This document shows positions 35,270 through 44,280 of a DNA stretch of 64,000 nt, piece after piece. The notes under the pieces were generated by a model. The model searched no databases. It was not told the DNA's origin and saw only the letters and a program-made list of their open reading frames with translations. The stretch is from an uncultured bacterium (GTDB lineage Bacteria > Margulisbacteria > WOR-1 > CAVSGV01). How positions within the stretch are numbered: the first letter of the stretch is position 1; each line of letters starts with the position of its first letter. The DNA lies in NCBI GenBank assembly GCA_963768305.1, contig CAVYHE010000003.1:64001-128000 (forward strand), in the 5' to 3' direction. A program made the translations under genes and the position numbers.

Positions 35270-36604
35270 CTATTTATTAATGATTTCATATTTCTCGGTA
35301 GATACCTTAAGCCAGCCTATTTTATTTTTGAAAAGATCAATTATGTCTGATAATTTCATTTTTCCTTCTTCCTTTAAATAAAGTAAATTCAATAAGTCTA
35401 TTGTTCTCATTATTAGCACCTGACGGCTTACAGCATATTTTATCTGTTCTTGATTGATGTCTCGCATTTTGTCAGCAATACTATTTGACGATTTAATAAA
35501 AGTATTAGCAATTAATATTGATGGGAAATCGGAAGGTTTATCGTTTTGTGCTCGATGATGATCAACCTGGGAAATGTTTTCATTTTTGATATTTTCATTT
35601 ACTCCTTTAATTTCAATAAGAACCATTGCCTGCTGTTTTTCATCTAAAATTGTTCTATCTTCTTTGAATTGTTCTATTTTACTTCCAACGGTGAGACCAA
35701 GACCCTTTTCAAGAATATTCTCAACACTTTTCACCAAAAGATCAGAGTTATAACAGAGACATCTTTTATATTCATTATATGTATTTATTGTATGTTCTAT
35801 AGTCTCAATTTCACTTAACAGTTTATTTTCCCTCTCAATTAATATTCTTTCTGTTTCAAACTTATAATCTTTTGCCCATTCAGGAGCTTCTTGTATTAAT
35901 TTCTTTGAAATAGAAACTAAGGCCGAGGAAAGCTTTTTGAAAAAATCTCCTATTTCATCGTTACTTGGTAAAATACACGGGATGAAATATATTTGATCTT
36001 CAGAAATAAAACCTACAATCTCATCATTAGTTTCGCATATTGTCTTTGCTGATTTGTCACGATATGGATCGAAGCTAGATCGGGCCATACCAAATTGATC
36101 TAGAAAAGGTTTAAACTCATCGATATGGATCTTTGTTATTTGTAGATCTTTATCAAAATTGCGAATATTAGTTGTTTCTAGGCAAAGCTTACATAAATCT
36201 CTATCTCTCACATCACCTCGAGTTTCAGTTCTCGTTATAAATGGCCTATAAACAAGAAAACATACAAACCCGCCTTCTTTTAAAAGTTGAATCAGCTGAT
36301 TTCTTCTCTTCAACAATTCTTCTCGATTATAAGTTACAGTGATTTCCGATTTCTCAAAAAATGAATCTCCTCTCTTAAATTGTTCAAAAGTTGACTGAAA
36401 CATAATTACGCCATCATAGTCTTGAAACTTTTCAGTTGTATTTATATCGGCAAACCTAAGGATATAATTACTATTTTTGATGATTTGATTTAAATATTGA
36501 TAAAATCTAATGTCGATTTGTTCTGTTCCATATACTAGGATACGTGGTAAGACAGATTCAATTTTCTTGCCAGGTCCTTCGTTCTCTTTGTCTGTTTCGT
36601 GCAT
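35270..36604 (-). CDS. AT-rich hypothetical protein, possible C-terminal PD-(D/E)xK nuclease-like domain
   Basis: 444 aa with AGGAG RBS. Coiled coil, then ED....(MVL)IEIKG....ISQV. Confidence 0.6.
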   Translation of the reverse strand: MHETDKENEGPGKKIESVLPRILVYGTEQIDIRFYQYLNQIIKNSNYILRFADINTTEKFQDYDGVIMFQSTFEQFKRGDSFFEKSEITVTYNREELLKRRNQLIQLLKEGGFVCFLVYRPFITRTETRGDVRDRDLCKLCLETTNIRNFDKDLQITKIHIDEFKPFLDQFGMARSSFDPYRDKSAKTICETNDEIVGFISEDQIYFIPCILPSNDEIGDFFKKLSSALVSISKKLIQEAPEWAKDYKFETERILIERENKLLSEIETIEHTINTYNEYKRCLCYNSDLLVKSVENILEKGLGLTVGSKIEQFKEDRTILDEKQQAMVLIEIKGVNENIKNENISQVDHHRAQNDKPSDFPSILIANTFIKSSNSIADKMRDINQEQIKYAVSRQVLIMRTIDLLNLLYLKEEGKMKLSDIIDLFKNKIGWLKVSTEKYEIINK

Positions 36605-36624
36605 AATAACTCCTTTATTTATGC

Positions 36625-37785
36625 TTAACCCACGATTCTCATAGCTTCTATTTTCGCCTCATCATACACCATCTTTAACGGAACATTCTTTATCCGTGAT
36701 ATCCTGACGCAATCCTCGTATTCCGGCGAAATGTTCTTGATCGCATTGCCGACCTTCCCGATCTTCACCATCACCTTGCCGTATTTCGTCTTCACCTGCT
36801 TCTGAAACCTGTCCAGCTTTTCCCTTTTCACCAGATATGTCCGCACCCCCAGCGTCGTCGTCTCGCTGAATATCTTATCGAGGACCTTGTCCTTATCTTT
36901 GACATCCGCCAGCGCGGTGAGCATCACCCCCGGCCTGTTCTTCTTCATCTTTATCTGCGAAATATACGCGTCCAGCGCCCCCGCCTTCATCAGCGCCGCG
37001 ATCGCGTGCTCGTATAACTCCGGATTCATGTTATCGATATTCGCCTCTATCGACAAAACCAGGTCCTCCGAATAATTCACCGCCGCCTCGCCGATGAATA
37101 ACCTCATTATATTCGCTTCCGGCAAATCGAAAGTCCCCGCGCCAAGACCGGTTCTCTTGAGCTCGAACTTCGGCATTTCCTTGAAACTTTTCGCCAGCGT
37201 CGTGATCACCGCCGCGCCGGTGGGCGTTACAAGCTCGGCCTTGATGTCTTTTTTATATACCGGCACGCCCGCCAAAAGCTTGAGCGTCGCAGGAGCCGGA
37301 TTAGGCAGCAGGCCGTGAGAGCTTTTTATTTGGCCGTGGCCGTAGGGCAGGGGGGAACAGTAGACTTCGGATATTCCCAGTTTGTCAAAACCTATCGCCG
37401 CGCCGACGATATCTACTATCGCGTCGATGGCTCCGACCTCGTGGAGATGATGGACTTTTCCGCCGTGGACATTTGATTCAGCTTCGAATAGTTTCTTGAA
37501 TATCGATAAACTCAGTTTTTTGACGCTGTTCTTAAGCTTGCTTTTGTTTATTATCCGGTAGATGTCGCCGATCGTTCTGCTTTTTTTGTCGCTGATGATG
37601 ACATTGAAATGTTTAGCTTTGAACCCTTTTTTCGTGACATTCTTAACTTGTAACTTATAACTTATAACTCCCAACTTTCTCAGCTCTTTTTTTAAATACG
37701 ACAAGCTGAGGCCTGCATCAAGTAATGCTGCCAGGAGCATGTTCCCGCTTATTCCCGTGGGGCAGTCCAGGTAGGCGACTTTCAT
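36625..37785 (-). CDS. larC: Nickel-pincer cofactor biosynthesis protein LarC
   Basis: GISGNMLLAAL, HLHEVGAIDAIVDIVG, ELVTPTGAA, EANIDNM, MKKNRPG, ETTTLGVR, PEYEDC. Confidence 0.93.
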   Translation of the reverse strand: MKVAYLDCPTGISGNMLLAALLDAGLSLSYLKKELRKLGVISYKLQVKNVTKKGFKAKHFNVIISDKKSRTIGDIYRIINKSKLKNSVKKLSLSIFKKLFEAESNVHGGKVHHLHEVGAIDAIVDIVGAAIGFDKLGISEVYCSPLPYGHGQIKSSHGLLPNPAPATLKLLAGVPVYKKDIKAELVTPTGAAVITTLAKSFKEMPKFELKRTGLGAGTFDLPEANIMRLFIGEAAVNYSEDLVLSIEANIDNMNPELYEHAIAALMKAGALDAYISQIKMKKNRPGVMLTALADVKDKDKVLDKIFSETTTLGVRTYLVKREKLDRFQKQVKTKYGKVMVKIGKVGNAIKNISPEYEDCVRISRIKNVPLKMVYDEAKIEAMRIVG

Positions 37786-37795
37786 AGTTCTCCTT

Positions 37796-37896
37796 GGAAC
37801 CTGAGAATAAATTCTCGGTTCCGTTTTCGTAAAGGCAAATGTAGAATTAATTCTACATTTGCCCTAACTGGAACCGCGATTTCAATCGCAGGTTCC
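37796..37896. repeat. Composite REP-like element: class A hairpin, class B hairpin, inverted class A hairpin
   Basis: GGAACCTGAGAATAAATTCTCGGTTCC (37796-37822), GGCAAATGTAGAATTAATTCTACATTTGCC (37834-37863), GGAACCGCGATTTCAATCGCAGGTTCC (37870-37896). Confidence 0.88.
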
Positions 37897-37906
37897 TGGC
37901 GGTCTT

Positions 37907-38647
37907 TCATCTGTTGTTGATGACAGCTGCCATGCAGCCGGCGCCGAAACCGTTGTCGATATTGACCACCGCGACTCCCGGAGCGCAGGAATTGAGCATC
38001 GAAAGCAGGGCGGCAAGCCCCTTGAACGAAGCTCCGTAGCCGATCGACGTCGGCACCGCGATGACCGGCTTGTCCGTCAAACCGCCGACAACCGAAGCGA
38101 GCGCGCCTTCCATCCCCGCGACAACGATTATCACATCACTTTTCGACATTTCATCGAAGTTTCCCAGTAATCGATGCAGCCCTGCAACCCCTACATCATA
38201 TAATGTAGTTATCCGATTGCCCAGGAACCGCGCCGTTTCCGCCGCTTCTTCAGCAACCGGAATATCAGCCGTTCCCGCCGTGATTAGCAAAACGCTTCCT
38301 TTTCCTTTTTCGCCGCTCCCCACAGTCACGATCCTTGCCTTACTATTATATCTGGCGGCCGGAACGAGCGATTTGATAGCTTTGTAAACCTTCTCGTCCG
38401 CGCGCGTCGCCATGATGTTCTTGTTCTTGCCGGACAGCTTTTTGAAGATCTCTTTTATCTGTGGTATCGTCTTTCCCTGGCAGTAGATGACTTCCGGGAA
38501 ACCTTTTCTCATCGCCCTGTGATGGTCCAGCTTCGCAAAGCCGATATCCTCATACGGCATATGCTTCAGCTTCGAATAAGCTTCTTCGACGGAGAGCTTG
38601 TTCGCTTTCACGTCAGCTAACAGTTTTTTGATGTTACTTTGGTCCAT
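37907..38647 (-). CDS. larB: Nickel-pincer cofactor biosynthesis protein LarB
   Basis: DHHRAMRKGFPEVIYC, AGTADIPVAEEA, DVGVAGLHRL, AGMEGAL, VNIDNGFGA. Start MDQSN with GGAGG RBS. Confidence 0.93.
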   Translation of the reverse strand: MDQSNIKKLLADVKANKLSVEEAYSKLKHMPYEDIGFAKLDHHRAMRKGFPEVIYCQGKTIPQIKEIFKKLSGKNKNIMATRADEKVYKAIKSLVPAARYNSKARIVTVGSGEKGKGSVLLITAGTADIPVAEEAAETARFLGNRITTLYDVGVAGLHRLLGNFDEMSKSDVIIVVAGMEGALASVVGGLTDKPVIAVPTSIGYGASFKGLAALLSMLNSCAPGVAVVNIDNGFGAGCMAAVINNR

Positions 38648-38655
38648 GTTTCCTC

Positions 38656-38791
38656 CCGCGAATGAATTCGCGGTTCCTTTTCGGGGTCCCGCGAGAATAA
38701 ATTCTCGCACCCTCAAAATCAAGTCTAATGCAAATGTGGAATTTATTCTACATTTGCACAACCTGGAACCGAGATTTTAATCTCAGGTTCC
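38656..38791. repeat. REP-like palindrome cluster downstream of tnpA
   Basis: CCGCGAATGAATTCGCGGTTCC, GCGAGAATAAATTCTCGC, then a 62-bp block (38730-38791) of class B plus class A hairpins that is repeated at 39241-39302. Confidence 0.85.
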
Positions 38792-38799
38792 GGGCACCC

Positions 38800-39180
38800 T
38801 CAATATCTTTTGTCTATACCATCAAGGTTTCTTTGTTTTTTGATATAAGTTATGACTGTTTCTTTTTGGTCAGTCGGAACTTTCCTGCAGTTGAACGATC
38901 TAGCCCACAATTTTCTGACATCATATCTGTTTGACGGGTATTTCTGAAACAAATATCTTGCCGAAGCCCCTTTGATGTTTTTCATGGCTGATGAGGTGGA
39001 TATGGCATAAGGTTGATCAATGAGCATGTGCACATGGTCCGATAAGATCTCACAGGCGATTATTTCAAAGCCTTTAGAATTAGCGATATCATTGAACGTA
39101 TTAATGAGAAATTCCCTAATTTCCTTATCTTCTAAGAGATTCATTCCCTCATAAGTATTAAAAGTATAATGATATAACAT
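38800..39180 (-). mobile_element. tnpA: IS200/IS605-family HUH (Y1) transposase, probably REP-associated
   Basis: YHYTF, DHVHML (HUH), KGASAR, LWARSF, YIKKQ (catalytic YxxxQ). No tnpB. Flanked by palindromes on both sides. Confidence 0.88.
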
Positions 39181-39193
39181 CGATTTCTCCTAA

Positions 39194-39302
39194 AACCGCG
39201 ACTCCTGCGAATCAATTCGCGGTTATTTTCAATTTCCATTGCAAATGTGGAATTTATTCTACATTTGCACGATCAGGAACCGAGATTTTAATCTCAGGTT
39301 CC
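39194..39302. repeat. REP-like palindrome cluster upstream of tnpA
   Basis: AACCGCG..GCGAATCAATTCGCGGTT, then the 62-bp block 39241-39302 (GCAAATGTGGAATTTATTCTACATTTGC plus GGAACCGAGATTTTAATCTCAGGTTCC). Confidence 0.85.
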
Positions 39303-39315
39303 TGATGGCTTGGCT

Positions 39316-40629
39316 TCAGGTTCCTGGCTTTTCATGCAATTCATCCATCCTCTTCTTTATCTTCGCCTCAAATCCTCTGTCGGTCGGCTCGTAATATTGT
39401 TTTTTGATCTTTACATAATCCTGCTGGACAAATCCGCCTTCGTAATCGTGCGCGTATTTGTAGCCGATGCCGTGGCCGAGCTTTTCAGCGCCGTGGTATG
39501 CGGTGCTCTTAAGATGGTCAGGAACTTCCTGAGTCACATTATTTTTCACGTCATCCAGCGCTTTCTCGATACCCATGTATGATGCGTTGCTTTTCGGCGC
39601 GGTCGCCACATATACGGCGGCCTGGGCCAGGGGGATCCGCGCTTCCGGCATCCCCACGAATTCAGCCACCTGCATCGCTGCGTTCGCCACGACAAGAGCG
39701 AGCGGATCGGCGTTGCCCACATCCTCCGCCGCGCAAATGACTATCCTTCGCGCGATGAACCGCGGATCCTCGCCCGCGTATATCATCTTTGCCATGTAGT
39801 AAAGCGCGGCGTCGGGATCGGAGCCGCGCATGCTTTTTATGAAAGCCGATATCGTGTCGTAATGCTGGTCGCCTTTCTTGTCGTAAACGACGGCTTTTTT
39901 CTGGATGGATTCCTCGGCGATCTTCTTCGTGAACTTTATAGTCCCGTTCTTTCCCGGCTTTGTCGTCAAAACTCCTATCTCAAGCGAGCTGAGCGCTTTT
40001 CTGGCGTCGCCGTCGGATGCTTTTGCCAGATGATTCAGCGCGTCATCGTCTATCGAGACCTTGAAATTCCCCAATCCTCTTTCCTTGTCGGCAAGCGCGC
40101 GGGAGACGATGACCTTGATCTCTTCCTGCGAGAGCTTGTTCAGCTCGAATATCTGCGACCTTGAAACAAGCGCGGAATTAACATAGAACAGGGGATTTTC
40201 TACCGTCGCTCCTATTAGCGTGACGGTCCCGTCCTCCACGTGAGGGAGAAGCACGTCCTGCTGCAGCTTGTTGAACCGGTGGATCTCGTCAAGGAAAAGT
40301 ATCGTTCTTTTGTTGAGCGCGCGCTTCAACTCTTTTGCTTCTTTTATGGCCTTTTTAAGATCTTCCACCTTCGCGACGGTCGCGTTAAGAGCTTTAAATT
40401 CAGATTGTGTGGTGTTGGCTATGAGCTTTGCCAAAGCGGTCTTTCCGGTTCCGGGCGGGCCGTAGAGGATGACCGATGACAATCTATCAGCTTCAATGGC
40501 CCGTCTGAGCAGCATTCCGGGCCCGATTATGTGCTCCTGGCCGACGAATTCATCCAGTGTCCTGGGGCTCATCCTGTACGCCAGCGGGGCTTTCTTGTCG
40601 ATGTCGCGCTCTGATGAAAATAGGTCCAC
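39316..40629 (-). CDS. rarA: Replication-associated recombination protein A (MgsA)
   Basis: PLAYRMSP, GPPGTGKT, DEIHRFNK, HYDTISAFIKSMRGSDPDAA, EDVGNADP. Probable GTG start at 40629, 6 nt after a TATAAT. Confidence 0.95.
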   Translation of the reverse strand: MDLFSSERDIDKKAPLAYRMSPRTLDEFVGQEHIIGPGMLLRRAIEADRLSSVILYGPPGTGKTALAKLIANTTQSEFKALNATVAKVEDLKKAIKEAKELKRALNKRTILFLDEIHRFNKLQQDVLLPHVEDGTVTLIGATVENPLFYVNSALVSRSQIFELNKLSQEEIKVIVSRALADKERGLGNFKVSIDDDALNHLAKASDGDARKALSSLEIGVLTTKPGKNGTIKFTKKIAEESIQKKAVVYDKKGDQHYDTISAFIKSMRGSDPDAALYYMAKMIYAGEDPRFIARRIVICAAEDVGNADPLALVVANAAMQVAEFVGMPEARIPLAQAAVYVATAPKSNASYMGIEKALDDVKNNVTQEVPDHLKSTAYHGAEKLGHGIGYKYAHDYEGGFVQQDYVKIKKQYYEPTDRGFEAKIKKRMDELHEKPGT

Positions 40630-40868
40630 GGGGATATTATAGCACAGCATAAAGAGACCGGAGATATGAGACAAGAAAAATCGAGCGAGCTTTCATATCT
40701 CGAATCTCTGATCTCTAGTCTCTTGGTTTGCTTATTTCCTCCTGAATAATGATAATAAATTCGGATTCCGATCGTATCCAGGGAAATTAGCGCGCAAAGG
40801 ATTACCCAGTCGAATCTTGTGTCTACCAGGCCGGATAATCTAAGTATCACAAATACTATAGTTCCCAA
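40569..40868 (-). CDS. Small hypothetical membrane protein (3' end uncertain)
   Basis: TTG start with AGGAGG RBS and hydrophobic N-terminus. The tail runs through heptamer repeats into rarA. Confidence 0.35.
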   Translation of the reverse strand: MGTIVFVILRLSGLVDTRFDWVILCALISLDTIGIRIYYHYSGGNKQTKRLEIRDSRYESSLDFSCLISPVSLCCAIISPWTYFHQSATSTRKPRWRTG

Positions 40869-40946
40869 TTTCTAGCCTCCTTTCAGCTAGCTAACGGCAT
40901 ACGGCTTACTGCTTACGGCTGTTCGCCGTGAGCTGTTCGCAGTTTG

Positions 40947-41027
40947 CTATTTCTTGGAAGTTGTCCACCACCAGTAGACCAGGGCCAAGATGATGATTAC
41001 GAGAAGGACCCATCCCCATGTGCTCAT
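40947..41027 (-). CDS. 26-aa single-pass membrane peptide
   Basis: MSTWGWVLLVIIILALVYWWWTTSKK* with AGGAGGG RBS 7 nt upstream. Below the ORF-track cutoff. Confidence 0.55.
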   Translation of the reverse strand: MSTWGWVLLVIIILALVYWWWTTSKK

Positions 41028-41077
41028 TTAGAATCCCTCCTTTCCCCCGAAGATATCGAGGTTTTGAGGCAAGCTCA

Positions 41078-42811
41078 TTATAAACTCTTTTTCCGCTTTA
41101 TTGCAAGCTTTTTTATCAACTTTTCATAGGGCAGAGTATTGAGGATATCGCTTTTTGTGAGCCAGCCTCTCCTGGCTGTAAGCACGCCGTATCTCATATT
41201 GTCGAATTGCGATGTGATGTGCGAATCCGTGGATATCGCTATCAATATGCCGAGCTCTTTTGCCTTCCTGCAGTGGATATCATCAAGATCGAGCCTTGCG
41301 GGGTACGCGTTCAGCTCTATAAATGTCCCGGTGTCCTTTGCCGCCTCCAAAATTTCATCAAGATCCACCTCATATCCATCCCGCGTGCCGATCAATCTGC
41401 CGGTAGGGTGGGCGAGTACGCTAACATATTTATTCTTCATCGCCGTGATGATCCTTTTTGTCATGTCAGCCCTGGCCATCTTGAAATTGGAATGCACCGA
41501 CGCGAAGACTATATCAAATTGCGCGAGCACTTCGTCCGGATAATCCAGCGTCCCGTCAGGCAGGATATCAAGCTCCGTTCCCTTTAATATTTTGATCCCG
41601 GCGGTCGAACTTGCTTTTTCTATCTCCCTGATATGGCTCAGCGCTTCTTTTGCCGAAAGGCCGCCTGCTATCCTTGAGGATATGGAATGGTCCGTTATCG
41701 CCAGGTATTCATATCCCTTTGCTTTCGCCGCTTTTGCCATTTCTTCTATGGTGTTGCTCCCGTCGCTGGCGACAGTGTGCGCGTGAAGGTCGCCCCGTAT
41801 GTCCTTCAATTCTACAAGCTCCGGAACATTGCCTTTTAGCGCTGCTTCTATCTCACCCCTGTCTTCCCTGATCTCCGGCGGTATATAAGGCAGCCCCAAC
41901 GCGTTAAAGACATCGTTCTCCTCTTTTCCGCCGATGATCTTCTTGCCTTTGAATATCCCGTACTCGTTAATCTTCAATCCCTTTTTTATCCCCATTTCCC
42001 TTATGTGGATGTTGTGCTGCTTGCTGCCCGTGAAATAATATACCGCGGCGCCGAAACTTTCCGGATCCACGACTCTCAAGTCGGCCTGCATGCCGTTCTT
42101 AAGGAGAACGGAAGTTTTTGTGGGGCCTTTGGCCAGGATCTTGTCAACCTGCTGGAGTTTTGAAAATCGATCCATTACGGCCATCGGTTTCTTGGACGTG
42201 ATAAGTATATCGATGTCTCCGATGGTTTCTTTCGCGCGCCTTAAGCTTCCGCAGGGAACTATCTTGTCCACTTCTTTTAATTTTTTCAGCGAATCGACTA
42301 TCGCTTCGGCATAGGGGAGCGCTTCTCCTATGGAGAACCTGCCGATATTCCTTTTTTTAAGCTCGATCCCCGAAAGGATGTTCTTTATTTTCTTGGCCCT
42401 TATGCCCGGCAGTTTTTCCAGCTTTCCGGTTTTCGCGGCTTTTTCGAGCTTTTCGATGCTGTCAATTTTCGCTTTTTTGAAAAGCAGCTTGGCCGTTTTC
42501 GGGCCTATCCCGGAGACGGATTCCATCTCTATAAGGCTGCGAGGGAATTTCTTTATCAGCTGGTCGTGAGTCTTCAATTTTCCGGTCCTGATAAGCTCTT
42601 CTATATGTTCGGCAATGCCTTTCCCGATGCCCGGGACGCTCTCAAGAGCTTTTATCCCGCCTTTTTTGTAAGTTGATCCAAGGTTCTCCGAAAGGCTTTC
42701 TATGTTCTGCGCGGCTTTCTGGTAGGCGCGGACGCGGAAAGGGTTCTCTTCTCCAAGTTCAAGGAGATCGGACATTTCAAAAAATATCTTCGCGAATTCC
42801 TGATTTTCCAA
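41078..42811 (-). CDS. polX: DNA polymerase X family with PHP domain
   Basis: NPFRVRAY, GSLRR.KETIGDIDIL, YFTGSKQHN, DLHAHT..SDG, TDHS, HPTGR, STDSH. Confidence 0.95.
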   Translation of the reverse strand: MENQEFAKIFFEMSDLLELGEENPFRVRAYQKAAQNIESLSENLGSTYKKGGIKALESVPGIGKGIAEHIEELIRTGKLKTHDQLIKKFPRSLIEMESVSGIGPKTAKLLFKKAKIDSIEKLEKAAKTGKLEKLPGIRAKKIKNILSGIELKKRNIGRFSIGEALPYAEAIVDSLKKLKEVDKIVPCGSLRRAKETIGDIDILITSKKPMAVMDRFSKLQQVDKILAKGPTKTSVLLKNGMQADLRVVDPESFGAAVYYFTGSKQHNIHIREMGIKKGLKINEYGIFKGKKIIGGKEENDVFNALGLPYIPPEIREDRGEIEAALKGNVPELVELKDIRGDLHAHTVASDGSNTIEEMAKAAKAKGYEYLAITDHSISSRIAGGLSAKEALSHIREIEKASSTAGIKILKGTELDILPDGTLDYPDEVLAQFDIVFASVHSNFKMARADMTKRIITAMKNKYVSVLAHPTGRLIGTRDGYEVDLDEILEAAKDTGTFIELNAYPARLDLDDIHCRKAKELGILIAISTDSHITSQFDNMRYGVLTARRGWLTKSDILNTLPYEKLIKKLAIKRKKSL

Positions 42812-42817
42812 ATCAGC

Positions 42818-43954
42818 CTATTCTCCCAGGTCTTCCCTCACCTGGAAAAGCCTCATTACATCCCTTTGCGAAATTATGCCGGCGAGTTTTTTTTCGTGGA
42901 TGACGAGAAGCAGTCCGATCCCGTTCCCCGCCATCTGCGTCAACGCGTCGCAAACATCGGCGGACGGGCTTATCACGAAATCGCTTTTTATGGGGAACAT
43001 TACTTCCCGTATCATGGTTTTATCCCATAATTCCCTGGGAATATCTTTAATGACATGTATGACCGCAAGCCCGGCAATGGAGCCGTCATCGGAAAGAACA
43101 GGAAAAGAAGAGAACCTGAATTTCAGGAAATAATCATCTACCAGCGAAAGGAGCGAAGTGTTCTCGTTCACCGTTACGACGCTTTCCGACATTATTGCCC
43201 GGACTTTTATGCCGCCAAGGCATTTCTTCAGTTCCATTTGCAGGTAGCTGGATGATGCCGCTTCCTGGAGGAAGAAACCTATCAATATAAGCCAGATGCC
43301 GGAGACCACCACGCCGTAGAAAAGATAAAGAAGCCCGATGCCCATCAACAGATAGGCGAAGCCCTTCCCGAACGAGCTCGCGATCCTTGTGGCTTTTTTC
43401 ATGTCCCCGAACAGGCTCCATAACGCTGCGCGCAGTATCCTGCCGCCGTCCAGCGGAAATCCGGGTATGAGGTTGAAAACGCCGACCGCCAGGTTGATGA
43501 ACGAAAGATAATCGCATCCCGCCACGATCAGCGCGGGGAACTTAAGCAGGAAAAATATTCTGCCGATCAGATAGAACACTATGGAAAGCCCCATGCTGCA
43601 TAGAGGCCCGGCCACGGCCATCTTGAATTCCACCGCGGGGGTTTTCGGCTCCTCCTCCATCCTGGCCACGCCGCCGAAAAGGAAAAGCGTTATCCCGTTT
43701 ATCGGCAGTCCGTGATTTATCGCGACTATGCTGTGCGAGAGCTCGTGGGCAAGGAGCGAAACGAAGAAAAGGAGCGCCACCGCGGCGCTTAATGTCCAGT
43801 AAACGTAAACGGGAGCGAACGGGATGACATTGGGGAAATATCCCTGGGCCAGCGTCCATGTGATCAGAAAAAATATGATGAACCAGGAATAATTTATGTC
43901 GATCGGGATGCCGAGTATCGTGGATAAATGGATGTTCCTTTTCAGGTTGTTCAT
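42818..43954 (-). CDS. Site-2 protease (M50) with CBS domains
   Basis: HELSH, FNLIPGFPLDGGR, C-terminal CBS pair. Confidence 0.92.
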   Translation of the reverse strand: MNNLKRNIHLSTILGIPIDINYSWFIIFFLITWTLAQGYFPNVIPFAPVYVYWTLSAAVALLFFVSLLAHELSHSIVAINHGLPINGITLFLFGGVARMEEEPKTPAVEFKMAVAGPLCSMGLSIVFYLIGRIFFLLKFPALIVAGCDYLSFINLAVGVFNLIPGFPLDGGRILRAALWSLFGDMKKATRIASSFGKGFAYLLMGIGLLYLFYGVVVSGIWLILIGFFLQEAASSSYLQMELKKCLGGIKVRAIMSESVVTVNENTSLLSLVDDYFLKFRFSSFPVLSDDGSIAGLAVIHVIKDIPRELWDKTMIREVMFPIKSDFVISPSADVCDALTQMAGNGIGLLLVIHEKKLAGIISQRDVMRLFQVREDLGE

Positions 43955-44259
43955 GCTCTTCTCACCGCGCGCCTGGCCCGGCGTACCGCGGGCCGGTAAG
44001 CGGGGCCGATCTGGGTGGAGTACGCGTCAATGATATTGAATATCCATATTACCGGATAAGCTATGACGAATACCGCGAGGCAGGCAAGGAAAAGGTACGC
44101 GTTCAACAGAAGCGAGCCGAATATTATCATCGGGAAACCCAGGTAGAACCAGAGCATTATCTTAAGTCCCTTTACCGCGTCGCCCTTGATGACCTGCCCG
44201 AGACCCGCCACTGCCGCCGATGCGAGCGCGAGCCAAATATATTTTTTACGTTGAACCAC
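43951..44259 (-). CDS. Small membrane protein
   Basis: GLGQ..KG....G motif, hydrophobic helices, W..NIIDAY. Confidence 0.65.
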   Translation of the reverse strand: MVQRKKYIWLALASAAVAGLGQVIKGDAVKGLKIMLWFYLGFPMIIFGSLLLNAYLFLACLAVFVIAYPVIWIFNIIDAYSTQIGPAYRPAVRRARRAVRRA

Positions 44260-44280
44260 GGACGAGATTATAGCATAAAA

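Noticed and set aside
31896..36604. Integron cassette array
   Set aside because: No integrase, and no repeated attC-like inverted structures were seen between the genes.
36625..38647. larB/larC without larA/larE as a novel pathway
   Set aside because: These genes are often dispersed, so partners may lie outside the window.
37796..39302. Palindromic ~27-bp repeats as a CRISPR array
   Set aside because: The copies are inverted, irregularly spaced, lack uniform spacers and have no cas genes nearby. They fit REP-like elements.
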